From the NCBI GenBank assembly GCA_965248445.1, contig CBDFJG010000002.1, forward strand, positions 1 to 64,000: a DNA stretch of 64,000 nucleotides. The letters are read 5' to 3'. This stretch comes from Planctomycetota bacterium. Lineage in GTDB: Bacteria > Planctomycetota > JAJSAM01 > JAJVHW01. Shown here piece after piece: positions 27,829 to 36,962 of the stretch. The position numbers and the translations under genes are program-made. The notes under the pieces were generated by a model, which had not been told where the DNA came from, made no database searches, and worked only from the letters and a program-made list of their open reading frames with translations. Every line of letters starts with the position of its first letter. Position 1 is the stretch's first letter.

Positions 27829-28328
27829 GTGTCGCTCCCGCTCGTCTCGGGCATCTCGATGCCCAGCAGCCGTGAGACTTTTCGCTGCACGTCGATGATC
27901 ACCTCGGCCGTCTCGAGCCGCTTCTCGAGACGGGCGACTTCGCGCTCGAGCTGCTCGTTGCGCTTCTTGAGCGCACGGTCCGGATCGGGCTTGGGACCAC
28001 GCCGCTTGGGCGAGAGCGCCTCGAGCTGGCCCTGGTCCCGCGCGCGCCGCCACGTCAACAAGTGCGAGGAGTACAGCCCCTCACGGCGCAAGAGAGCGCC
28101 GATCTCGCCGGGCTTCGTGCACGCGTCCGCCGCCTCGATGATCCGTAGCTTGTACGCGGCGCCAAAGCGCCGCCGCGAGGCGCGCGGCACGACCTCGGGG
28201 TCGCGCACCCCAACGTCCCCCGGGCCGCGCGCCCCGGGGGAGCCCCCTCCGCCTCGATCGCGCTCGCTATGCTCGCCCTCCCTCGGCTCCGGGATCTCCC
28301 CCGGCGCTGTGTTGTGGTTGTTCGTCAT
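27825..28328 (-). CDS. IS3 OrfA HTH protein
   Basis: RRRFGAAYKLRI...LLRREGLYSS; GGAGG RBS. Confidence 0.85.
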   Translation of the reverse strand: MTNNHNTAPGEIPEPREGEHSERDRGGGGSPGARGPGDVGVRDPEVVPRASRRRFGAAYKLRIIEAADACTKPGEIGALLRREGLYSSHLLTWRRARDQGQLEALSPKRRGPKPDPDRALKKRNEQLEREVARLEKRLETAEVIIDVQRKVSRLLGIEMPETSGSDT

Positions 28329-28560
28329 CGCTGGTTCCTCCACCGCCCTGCACAGTAATCATCCGTGGGGTCGGTGTCTCAGCCACGTTGGCACAGAGGG
28401 GGGGGTGGAACCCCGACCCTACGACGGTCGCCAGCTGCTGAGACCGGATCTCAATAAGCGGTGCCCGCGCCAACACTTGGCCCCAAGTCATCGCGGCGTT
28501 CTACTGAGCGCGCGCGTGCTGGCGATAGGCGCGAACCAGAACTCTCAGGAGAGACGTGAA

Positions 28561-28881
28561 ATGTCCTATGTGATCATCGGGAAGTGCCTTGGCGAGCGCT
28601 ACGGCGCGTGCGTGGAGGTGTGCCCGGTCGAGGCGATGCACTACGGCGACCATGACGGTCACGCCATGATGGTGATCCACCCCGATACCTGCATCGACTG
28701 CGGTGCCTGTCTGCCCGAGTGCCCCATCGCGGCGATCGTGGACAGCGAGGACCAGGCCCCCGAGTGGGGCGAGTACAACAAGGCGGCGGCCGACATGTGG
28801 CCGAACGCCCACACCGGCGACGGCGGCTGGGAACTCCGCGACCCGGCGGAGGCGCCTCACAACCCTGAGAACGCGGTCTAG
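28561..28881 (+). CDS. Ferredoxin (7Fe/FdxA-like)
   Basis: C..CVEVCPV and CIDCGACLPECP motifs; AGGAG RBS. Confidence 0.9.
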   Translation: MSYVIIGKCLGERYGACVEVCPVEAMHYGDHDGHAMMVIHPDTCIDCGACLPECPIAAIVDSEDQAPEWGEYNKAAADMWPNAHTGDGGWELRDPAEAPHNPENAV

Positions 28882-28901
28882 GGCCTGAGAACGCGGTCTA
28901 G

Positions 28902-30570
28902 CCGCATCTGTTCACGAGACGTCGCGATGACGGTGCTTTCGGAGTCCACAGGGTCAGATCTTGGCCAGGCGAGGGCGGATGCTGTCGTCGTTGCCACAAG
29001 GGCAACGCGAGTGAGCGGCCGAAACGGCGCGGATTCTGCGGTGTGGGCAGACCGTAGGCCGGGCGGTGGTGTGGCGGACGGCGCGGCGGGACGTCAGGTC
29101 GGCTTCGGGGATGCCAGCAGTCGTTGCGCGCAGCGCTCGAAGACGTGCTGCCAGGGCCACGACGAGGACATCGAGACCCAGATCCGGCGCGTCGTGATCC
29201 GCACGAGCGCGCCGATCTTGAGCAGCCGCAGGCGGATCGTGCCGGCTTGCGCACGCGCCATCTCGGTGCCGGCGAGACCGATGCGTCGCAGCGCACAGGT
29301 CAGGACGTAGGCCATGGCCGACATGGCCATCCGCACGGCGTTGCCCTGCATCGTGTGCACCGACAGACGGGTGCCGAAGAGCTCGAGCTGCTGCTCCTTG
29401 ATGCGATTCTCCGCCTCGCCCCGGGCGCAGTAGAGCTGCTCGTAGAGACGCTTGCTGCTCCAGCTACGAGGCGGCAGATTGGTCACCACGAAGCGGGGAT
29501 TGCGCTTGCCGCCCGGCAGGTGCTCGGCCTTGGCGACCACGCGACGCCTCTGGCTCCAGCTCCCCAGCGTGGTCCAGGCAAAGTCGCGAAAGACCCGGGC
29601 TGCTCGGCCGGTCTGCACGGCACGGGCTGCGGCCTCATCGAGCGCGTCTTCGACGTGTCGCTCAAGGCGCTCATTGCGCGCCATGCCCAGCAGGTAGAAG
29701 TGGCCGGCGGCCTCGCACCAGGCCATCAGCTCCTCGCGGCAAAAGCCCGAGTCTGCGCGCACGAGCACCTTGGCCCGGGGCCAGCGGCGCCGCAGACGTA
29801 AGACCAGCGCACGGAGCTCGTCCACGACTCCGCGCGCGGGATCTCTGTCAGCGGTCTGGAGCCGAGCGAGCAAGAGGTGCTCGCCGCAGAAGACGTACAG
29901 CGGCAGGTAGCAGTAGTGCCCGTAGTAGCCGTGGAAGAAGCGGCCCTCCTGCCGGCCGTGCAGCCGCACGTCGGAGTGGTCCAGGTCCAGCACGAGCAGG
30001 CCCGGATCCTCCGGCCCCATGGCCTCGCAGAAGACGTCGCTGAGCACGCTGTCCACGCGCTCCTGGTCCATCTCGATCTTGGCGTAGCGCGTCTGTGCCG
30101 TGGCGCCGAGCTGCGTGGTCTCGAGCCGCGAGAGCGTCGGGTGCGTGGCCAGAGCACCCTCGCGCTTGCCGCACGCCGCGGCAAACAGCGGGTCCTTGCC
30201 GACATGGTCGTGGTCCACCAGATCCTCGTAGCCCGCGCACAGCCCGAAGACCCGCTGACGCAGCATCTGGCCGACCGTGTGCTCGACCCGACGCGGGTCG
30301 CGGTGATCGCGGAAGCAGCGCGCAAACCGCGAGAGCAGATCGATGCGACGATCGGTCCGCTCGAGCAGCAGCACGCCCCCGTCGCTCGTCACGGTACCCG
30401 CGTCGAAGCGCGTCACCGCGGTGCGTCCACAGATGCCCGCGAAGAGGGTCCCCTGCGGGCTACAGTCTGTCGTCATCGGGCCGGCGCTCCTGTCGGTGCA
30501 AGTACTGGCGCGTACGAGCACTTAGACAGACGACGGCCCGCTCAGATTCCCGGCTGGTGAACGATTCGGG
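28902..30570 (-). mobile_element. IS1380-family element
   Basis: Imperfect inverted repeat CCGCATCTGTTCAC / GTGAACGATTCGGG; CTAG target duplication. Confidence 0.9.
29094..30476 (-). CDS. IS1380 transposase
   Basis: TSDGG, LDLD, HGRQEGRFFHGYY, RADSGF, YCARGEAENRIKE. Confidence 0.95.
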   Translation of the reverse strand: MTTDCSPQGTLFAGICGRTAVTRFDAGTVTSDGGVLLLERTDRRIDLLSRFARCFRDHRDPRRVEHTVGQMLRQRVFGLCAGYEDLVDHDHVGKDPLFAAACGKREGALATHPTLSRLETTQLGATAQTRYAKIEMDQERVDSVLSDVFCEAMGPEDPGLLVLDLDHSDVRLHGRQEGRFFHGYYGHYCYLPLYVFCGEHLLLARLQTADRDPARGVVDELRALVLRLRRRWPRAKVLVRADSGFCREELMAWCEAAGHFYLLGMARNERLERHVEDALDEAAARAVQTGRAARVFRDFAWTTLGSWSQRRRVVAKAEHLPGGKRNPRFVVTNLPPRSWSSKRLYEQLYCARGEAENRIKEQQLELFGTRLSVHTMQGNAVRMAMSAMAYVLTCALRRIGLAGTEMARAQAGTIRLRLLKIGALVRITTRRIWVSMSSSWPWQHVFERCAQRLLASPKPT

Positions 30571-30729
30571 CTAGGGCCTGAGAAAACGCGGTGTAGCCCG
30601 ACTCGCACGAACGGGCACCAAGCACGGGCCCGCGGACCGACCGTCCGCGGGCCCTGGTGAATCCCCGCTCAGTTCCCAGTGACAGCTCAGTTCCGGTGAC
30701 AGAGGATCCCAGTGGCAGAGGAGCCGAGA

Positions 30730-31074
30730 ATGCCCGACGTCCCCCTCGAGACGTTCCCGAACCCGCGACCGGGCCGGGACTACGAGATCGAGATCGAGCA
30801 GCCCGAGTTCACGTCGGTCTGCCCGGTCACGGGACATCCCGACTTCGGGACGATCCGCGTCATCTACACACCCGGTGACGTATGCGTGGAGCTGAAGAGC
30901 TTCAAGCTCTGGCTTCAGTCGTTCCGAGACCGGGGCATCTTCTACGAAGCCGCTACGAACGAGATTCTGGACACGCTCGTCGCAGCGCTCGCACCGCGCC
31001 GCATGACCGTCACGGGAGAGTTCTCCGCCCGCGGCGGCATCACGACCACGGTGCAGTGCACGCACGAAGAGTGA
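30730..31074 (+). CDS. queF: 7-cyano-7-deazaguanine (preQ0) reductase
   Basis: [28 protein letters not shown]. Confidence 0.95.
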   Translation: MPDVPLETFPNPRPGRDYEIEIEQPEFTSVCPVTGHPDFGTIRVIYTPGDVCVELKSFKLWLQSFRDRGIFYEAATNEILDTLVAALAPRRMTVTGEFSARGGITTTVQCTHEE

Positions 31075-31078
31075 GCGC

Positions 31079-32023
31079 GTGATCACGCGACTCGCGCCGA
31101 GTCCCACCGGCGCGCTGCACCTCGGCAACGCGCGCACGTTCCTACTCACGTGGCTGCACGCACGGCACGCGGGCGGGACGATCTTGCTGCGCATCGACGA
31201 TCTGGACGGACCGCGCACCAAGAAGGGACGCGAACAGCAGGCGATCGAGGATCTTGCTTGGCTCGGTCTCGACTGGGACCGGCCAGAGGAGACGCTTCGT
31301 CAGAGCGAGCGCGCAGCCGCGTACGACGACGCGATCGACCGGCTGCTCGACGCGGGGCTCGCATACCCGTGCATCTGCACCCGCTCGGAGATCGCGGGTG
31401 CAGCCAGTGCACCCCACGGTCCCGAGGGCCCGCGCTATCCCGGCACCTGCCGCGGCCGCTTCGCGACACCGGAGGAGGCCGCGTCGGCTACGGGCCTCGC
31501 GCCGGCTCTCCGCTTCGCCGCACCGGACGGCGACGTGACGTTCGTCGACCGGTTGTTCGACACGCAGACGTTCTCCCCGGCCGCGGAGACCGGCGACTTC
31601 CCAATCCGCAAGCGGGACGGGACGGCGGCCTACCAGCTCGCAACGGTGGTGGACGATGCCGCCACGAACGTCGACCTCGTGATCCGCGGTGCCGACCTGC
31701 TTCCGAGCACGGCGCGGCAAATCCAGTTGATCGACGCGCTGGCGCTCACGCGGCCGGACTATCTGCACCTTCCGCTCGTCGTCGGCCCGGACGGGCGCCG
31801 GCTGGCCAAGCGGCACGGCGACACACGTCTGGCGGCGCTACGCGACGCCGGGTGGACCGCAGAGCGGACGGTGGGCTGGCTGGCTGCCACCGCTGGTCTG
31901 TCGGCGCCCGGGGAGCCTGTGACCGCAGAGGCGCTCGTTGGTCGCTACGACCCGGGCGCCCTCACGACCGAGACCGTGGTCGTGGATCCGCAGCGTCTCG
32001 GCTTGGACGCTCCGCGGCTGTAG
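31079..32023 (+). CDS. gluQ: Glutamyl-queuosine tRNA(Asp) synthetase
   Basis: RLAPSPTGALHLGN, YPCICTR, YPGTCR, RLAKRHG; no anticodon-binding domain. Confidence 0.9.
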   Translation: MITRLAPSPTGALHLGNARTFLLTWLHARHAGGTILLRIDDLDGPRTKKGREQQAIEDLAWLGLDWDRPEETLRQSERAAAYDDAIDRLLDAGLAYPCICTRSEIAGAASAPHGPEGPRYPGTCRGRFATPEEAASATGLAPALRFAAPDGDVTFVDRLFDTQTFSPAAETGDFPIRKRDGTAAYQLATVVDDAATNVDLVIRGADLLPSTARQIQLIDALALTRPDYLHLPLVVGPDGRRLAKRHGDTRLAALRDAGWTAERTVGWLAATAGLSAPGEPVTAEALVGRYDPGALTTETVVVDPQRLGLDAPRL

Positions 32024-32046
32024 GATGAACGCGCCCTAGGGCACTC

Positions 32047-33429
32047 ATGGACGAACTCGTAGGAAGTAGATGCGGGCCGGCAGGACCGGCTCACCTGAAC
32101 CTCTTCGCGCAGGATGCGCTGCTCTCCGCACAAGACGGGGTGGTTGCGGGCGACGGCCTCGCTCTCGTCATCGTCGTCGCGCTGGTCGTCGTCATCCTCT
32201 CGTTCCTGGCGTCCATGACCGAGGCGGCGTTCCTGTCGCTGCCGCGCTTGAAGGCGACGACGATGCGCGACAGCGAAAGCCGCATCGACCGCATGGCGGG
32301 GAAGATGCGGCTCGCGTTCGGTCGGCCGCTGGCCACGATCGTCATCATCAACAACCTGGCGAACGTGACCGGCTCGGCTCTGTTCGGCCTCACCGTGGCG
32401 CGCTGGCTCGGGAACGGCGAAAACGCCGACGTCGACGCGGGCGTGTGGATCGGTTCGACCATCCTGACGTTCGTCGTGATCGTCGCCGGCGAGATCATCC
32501 CGAAGACCATCGGCGAGCGCTACTCGCCCACCGTCACGCGGATCATGGCACCGGTCATCCGCGCGCTGACGATGGTGCTCTTCCCGGTCGTCTACCTGGT
32601 CGGGCTCGCCCAGAAGCCGTTCATGCGCGTGAGCATGCGTCACGTCACATCGGAGGAGGAGATCGCGCGCCTGACCGAACTGGGCCGGGAGCAGGGAGCG
32701 ATCGAACCGGACGAGGGGGAGATGATCCGACGGGTCTTCCGCCTGAACGACATCAAGGCCGAAGACATCATGACGCCGCGCGTCGAGATCGTCTCGCTGC
32801 CTGCGGACAAGACGCTCGGTGAGATCGCCGCACAGCTCGGCGAGATCACCCGCTCACGGATTCCGCTGTACGGCGACGACGGCGACGACGTGCTGGCGAT
32901 GCTCGACCGCAGCGACGCGCTGCACCAGCTCGCCCTGGATCGCATGGACGTCCCGGTGACCGACGCGAGCGTGTCGTTCAAGCCGTTCTTCGTGCCCGAG
33001 ACGATTGCTGCCGACGATCTCATGGTGACGCTGCAGCGCCGCACGAACCCGATCGCGATCGTGGTCGGCGAGTACGGCGACACCGTCGGCGTCGTGACGC
33101 TCGAGGACGTCATCGAGGAGATCGTGGGCGAGATCGTCGACGAGGGGGACCTCGCGAACGCCGAAGACCTCGAACGAGTCGGCGACGACGAGATCGTCTG
33201 CGACGCGCGCACCGAGGTCAACGCGATCAACGACGCGCTCGGCACCAGCATCCCGAACCACCGCACAGTGGCCGGCCTCCTGCTGGACGAACTGGAGCGC
33301 ATCCCGGCCAAGGGTGCCGAGTTGCTCCTGCGCGAGGTGCGGATCCGCGTCGAGGACGCCAACGACCGCGCGATCCTCTCGGTCCGCGTCACGAAGCTCG
33401 TGCCGGAGGAAGACGACGACGAGCAGTAG
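32047..33429 (+). CDS. CNNM/CBS/CorC-HlyC family protein
   Basis: TM DUF21 region, GEIIPKT, IMTPR, GVVTLEDVIEEIVGEI. Confidence 0.9.
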   Translation: MDELVGSRCGPAGPAHLNLFAQDALLSAQDGVVAGDGLALVIVVALVVVILSFLASMTEAAFLSLPRLKATTMRDSESRIDRMAGKMRLAFGRPLATIVIINNLANVTGSALFGLTVARWLGNGENADVDAGVWIGSTILTFVVIVAGEIIPKTIGERYSPTVTRIMAPVIRALTMVLFPVVYLVGLAQKPFMRVSMRHVTSEEEIARLTELGREQGAIEPDEGEMIRRVFRLNDIKAEDIMTPRVEIVSLPADKTLGEIAAQLGEITRSRIPLYGDDGDDVLAMLDRSDALHQLALDRMDVPVTDASVSFKPFFVPETIAADDLMVTLQRRTNPIAIVVGEYGDTVGVVTLEDVIEEIVGEIVDEGDLANAEDLERVGDDEIVCDARTEVNAINDALGTSIPNHRTVAGLLLDELERIPAKGAELLLREVRIRVEDANDRAILSVRVTKLVPEEDDDEQ

Positions 33430-33480
33430 GGGCGGGCCGCTGCGCCCGCCCGCGGGTGGCCGAAGCGGTACGACAGGGGG

Positions 33481-33935
33481 ATGAGTGCCGTGCCGCTGCT
33501 GAAGTGGTTGTTCACCACTTCAGCCCCCTCGTGCGCTGACGCGCGCACTCAGGTCGCGCCCGGCGGGCTGAGACCGCCGGGGAGTTCCCGTGGGTCCGCC
33601 CGGCGCCTGGCGCAATCGCGGGTCATTGTGCCGAGCAGCACTCCGCGCGAGTGAGTGCCGTGCCGCGGCTGAAGTGGTTGTTCACCACTTCAGCCCCCTC
33701 GTGCGCTGACGCGCGCACTCAGGTCGCGTCCGGTGGGCTGAGACCGCCGGGGGAGTTCCCATGGGTCCGCCCAGCGCCTGGCGCAATCGCGGGTCATTGT
33801 GCCGAGCAGCACTCCGCGCGAGTGAGTGCCGTGCCGCGGCTGAAGTGGTTGTTCACCACTTCAGCCCCCTCGTGCGCTGACGCGCGCACTCAGGTCGCGC
33901 CCGGTGGGCTGAGACCGCCGGGGAGTTCCCATGGG
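33481..33935. repeat. About 2.7 tandem copies of a 170-bp palindrome-rich unit
   Basis: Units start at 33481, 33651 and 33822; each has the hairpin GCTGAAGTGGT-TGTTC-ACCACTTCAGC. Confidence 0.9.
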
Positions 33936-33998
33936 AAGGAGACAAATGCATCGGCCCCACGACGCTCATTTCGAACGCGGTGCGGGTCGTGGCGGTCT

Positions 33999-34571
33999 CT
34001 AGCCCACCCCCTCCAGCAGCCTCACCTTGTGCTTGCTGCGCTCGGCCAGCACCGCGGAGCGGACGGCCTCGTGGACCTCGCGGGCGCCGTGGATGCCGCG
34101 GAGCACGATCAGCTTCTCGCCGACGTCCATCGAACGGACAACCAGGTCCCCCGCCGAGCGCAGGCGCAGGAACAGCGGCTCCCGCAGTTCGAGGTCCTGC
34201 ACGCGGTGTAGTTCGACCGTGCGGCACTTCTTGTCGAGCACGCCCGTCTCGAACGTGATCCGCTGCGTCGAGATCCGGTAGCGGTTGTCCCAGCGGCGCA
34301 CGAACAGGGCGACCGCGGTGACTCCCGCGGTCAGGAGCGCCACGAAGAGCTCGGGGAAGGACTGGACGACGAGCGGCCGCAGGTCGTAGAGCCCGCGCTC
34401 CTTGTCCGCCGGTGACGGCGCCAGCCCGGCCGGAAGCTCGGGTTCGGGCTCCGCGGGCTCCACCGGCTCATTGCCGGTCTCGCCCGGGAACGCGCGGCGG
34501 CAAGCCCCGCAGAAACGGGCGTCCCAGGAGCCCTGCTTCCCGCAGATCTCGCAGTACTTCAGCGTCAGCAT
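33999..34571 (-). CDS. Zinc-ribbon plus bacterial PH-domain membrane protein
   Basis: CEICG..FCGAC; YRISTQRI..GVL..ELHRVQD. Confidence 0.8.
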   Translation of the reverse strand: MLTLKYCEICGKQGSWDARFCGACRRAFPGETGNEPVEPAEPEPELPAGLAPSPADKERGLYDLRPLVVQSFPELFVALLTAGVTAVALFVRRWDNRYRISTQRITFETGVLDKKCRTVELHRVQDLELREPLFLRLRSAGDLVVRSMDVGEKLIVLRGIHGAREVHEAVRSAVLAERSKHKVRLLEGVG

Positions 34572-34759
34572 CGGTCCTCACTCCCCACATCGTCCGGCAG
34601 GTCGCGCTTCGCCAGCCTGCCCCCGGCACGCGAGCGCCGGGACGGCCCGGATCGCCTCCGCGGCACCCCTCCCGCGCAGTAGACTCTGGGGCTCGCGCGG
34701 GGCACCGGCCGAAGGGACGCCGCACCGCCCCGCGGACCCCCTCTGGAGCGCCCTCGCCC

Positions 34760-35926
34760 ATGGCCGAACCATCCCTGGCTGCCGACTCTCTGGGCTCCGG
34801 CCCCCCGCCGAGCGAGGCCGACGTCGTCCGCGTGCTCCCCGCGACCGGCGACGCGGGTGGCGAAGTCAGCCACGACATCCCGGAGGACGATCTCCTGCGG
34901 ATGCACCGAATGATGACGCTCACGCGAGCCCTGGACGACCGCGGTATGCGTTATCAGCGTCAGGGCCGCCTCGGCTTCTACCTGCCCTCCTGGGGCGAGG
35001 AAGCCCTGCAGATCGGCAGCGCGTACTGCTTCTCGGACGAGGACTGGATGTTCCCGCACTACAGGGTGCCCGGCGTGGCACTGTGGCGCGGGGCCGATCT
35101 CGAACAGATGGTCGCGAACTGCTTCGGCAACGCGGACGACAACGGGCTCGGCCGCCAGATGCCCGTGCACTACACGATGAGCGAGATCAACTTCGTATCG
35201 ATCAGCTCACCGCTCGGCACCCAGATCGTCCAGGCCGCCGGTCTCGGACGCGCCCTGCAGATCAAAGGCGACCCGCGTCTCTGCGTGACGTACTTCGGCG
35301 ACGGATCGACCTCAACGAACGACTTCCACACCGGAATGAACTTCGCGGGCGTGTGGAAGGCGCCGGTCATCTTCTTCTGCAACAACAACGGCTGGGCGAT
35401 CTCGACCCCGATCGAGCAGCAGTGTGCGGCAGCGTCGCTCGCTGACAAGGCGATCGGCTACGGGATGCCGGCCATCCGCGTCGACGGCAACGACGTTCTC
35501 GCCGTGGTCGAAGCGACGCAGCGGGCCGTACGGCACATCAAGCTGAGCGGCGGCCCCGTGTTCATCGAGGCGCTCACCTACCGGATGGGTCCGCACAGCA
35601 GTTCGGACGACCCGACGATCTACCAGCCCGAAGAAGAGCGCGAGGAGTGGAAGGCGAAGGACCCGATCCTGCGCTTCCGCGCCTACTTGAAGGCGGCGGG
35701 AGTGATCACCGACAAGGAGATCGCTGCGATCGAGGAGGAGTGCAAGGAGCAAGTGCTGTCGTCGTTCAAGCGCAACGAGAACGTCGCCAAGCCCTCGCTC
35801 GAGTCGATGTTCGAGGACGTCTACGCCGAAATGCCAGACGCCATCCGTGAACAGCAGCAGTTCCTCGTCGCGTTCGAAGGCGGCGAGGTGCGCGAAGACA
35901 CCAGCGGAGCCGAGTTCCCGCTCTAG
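34760..35926 (+). CDS. 2-oxoacid dehydrogenase E1 alpha (copy 1)
   Basis: QRQGRLGFY, FGDG..NNGWAIS, HSSSDDP. Confidence 0.92.
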   Translation: MAEPSLAADSLGSGPPPSEADVVRVLPATGDAGGEVSHDIPEDDLLRMHRMMTLTRALDDRGMRYQRQGRLGFYLPSWGEEALQIGSAYCFSDEDWMFPHYRVPGVALWRGADLEQMVANCFGNADDNGLGRQMPVHYTMSEINFVSISSPLGTQIVQAAGLGRALQIKGDPRLCVTYFGDGSTSTNDFHTGMNFAGVWKAPVIFFCNNNGWAISTPIEQQCAAASLADKAIGYGMPAIRVDGNDVLAVVEATQRAVRHIKLSGGPVFIEALTYRMGPHSSSDDPTIYQPEEEREEWKAKDPILRFRAYLKAAGVITDKEIAAIEEECKEQVLSSFKRNENVAKPSLESMFEDVYAEMPDAIREQQQFLVAFEGGEVREDTSGAEFPL

Positions 35927-35956
35927 CGGGAGGCTCTGGCGCAGGAGACCGACCAA

Positions 35957-36934
35957 ATGCCCGAGATGACCGTTCTGCAGGCCGTCAACGACGCCCTCAG
36001 CTATGAGATGGGCCGCGACGAGGACGTCGTAATTCTCGGCGAGGACATCGCGCAGCTCGGCGGAGTGTTCCGCGCGACCGACGGCCTGCTCGACAAGTAC
36101 GGCGAACTGCGCGTCATGAACACGCCGCTCGCGGAGAGCGGGATCATCGGCACCGCGGTGGGGATGTCGCTCTACGGATTGCGCCCCGTCGCCGAGATTC
36201 AGTTCCTCGACTTCATCTATCCGGGCTTCGACCAGATCGTGTCCGAGGCCGCGAAGATGCGCTACCGCTCCGGCGGCCAGTTCACGTGCCCGATGGTGAT
36301 CCGCAGCCCGTACGGCGGCGGCATCCGCGGCGGCCACTATCACAGCCAGTCGAGCGAGGCGTACTTCGCGCACACGGCCGGGCTCACGGTCGTGATCCCC
36401 GCGACGCCGGCTGACACGAAGGGCCTCCTGCTCGCGTCGATCCGCCACGGCGATCCGGTCATCTTCCTCGAGCCCAAGGCGATCTACCGCTCGGTCAAAG
36501 GCGAGGTGCCCGAGGGCGACTTCGTCGTGCCGATCGGCAAGGCGCGCATCGCCAAGGAAGGCAAGGACCTGACGCTGATCGCTTGGGGCGCCATGCTCCA
36601 CGTCGCGACCAAGACCGCCGCGCAGGCGGCGGAGAAGGGGATCGACGTCGAGGTCATCGACCTGCGCACGATCTTCCCGTGGGACCGCGAGACCGTCCTG
36701 GAGTCGGCGAAGAAGACCGGTCGCGTCGTGATCCTGCACGAGGCCCCGCGAACCGGTGGGTTCGGGGCAGAGATCTCGGCGACGATCGCCGAGCGCGCCA
36801 TCGACTCGCTGCGCGCGCCAATCCTGCGCGTGACCGGGTTCGACACGCCGTTCCCGTACGCGCTGGAGCACGTGTACATGCCCGACGCGCGCCGCACGCT
36901 CGCCGCGGTCGAGCGCTGCTTCCATTTCGCATAG
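35957..36934 (+). CDS. 2-oxoacid dehydrogenase E1 beta
   Basis: GEDI..GGVFRAT, TPLAESGI, EIQF, HSQS. Confidence 0.95.
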   Translation: MPEMTVLQAVNDALSYEMGRDEDVVILGEDIAQLGGVFRATDGLLDKYGELRVMNTPLAESGIIGTAVGMSLYGLRPVAEIQFLDFIYPGFDQIVSEAAKMRYRSGGQFTCPMVIRSPYGGGIRGGHYHSQSSEAYFAHTAGLTVVIPATPADTKGLLLASIRHGDPVIFLEPKAIYRSVKGEVPEGDFVVPIGKARIAKEGKDLTLIAWGAMLHVATKTAAQAAEKGIDVEVIDLRTIFPWDRETVLESAKKTGRVVILHEAPRTGGFGAEISATIAERAIDSLRAPILRVTGFDTPFPYALEHVYMPDARRTLAAVERCFHFA

Positions 36935-36962
36935 TGCCCAATATCGTGATTAGGAGTCAGAC

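Larger units (their letters stand above)
26765..28395 (-). mobile_element. IS3-family element (ends uncertain by a few bp)
   Basis: Imperfect 23-bp inverted repeats (GTGTCAACGACTTTGAGACACC / GGTGTCTCAGCCACGTTGGCAC); orfA/orfB layout. Confidence 0.85.
28864..30596 (+). repeat. Three ~20-bp tandem repeats split by IS1380
   Basis: CCTGAGAACGCGGTCTAG at 28864 and 28884; CCTGAGAAAACGCGGTGTAG at 30577. Confidence 0.8.

Noticed and set aside
30597..30729. preQ1 riboswitch before queF
   Set aside because: No recognisable preQ1 stem-loop or A-rich tail by eye; an Rfam scan was not run.
33481..33935. CRISPR array
   Set aside because: The whole 170-bp unit repeats; there are no unique spacers and no cas operon.
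33651..34211. 186-aa repeat protein
   Set aside because: Translation of the DNA repeat; the frame differs between units and it overlaps a real opposite-strand gene.
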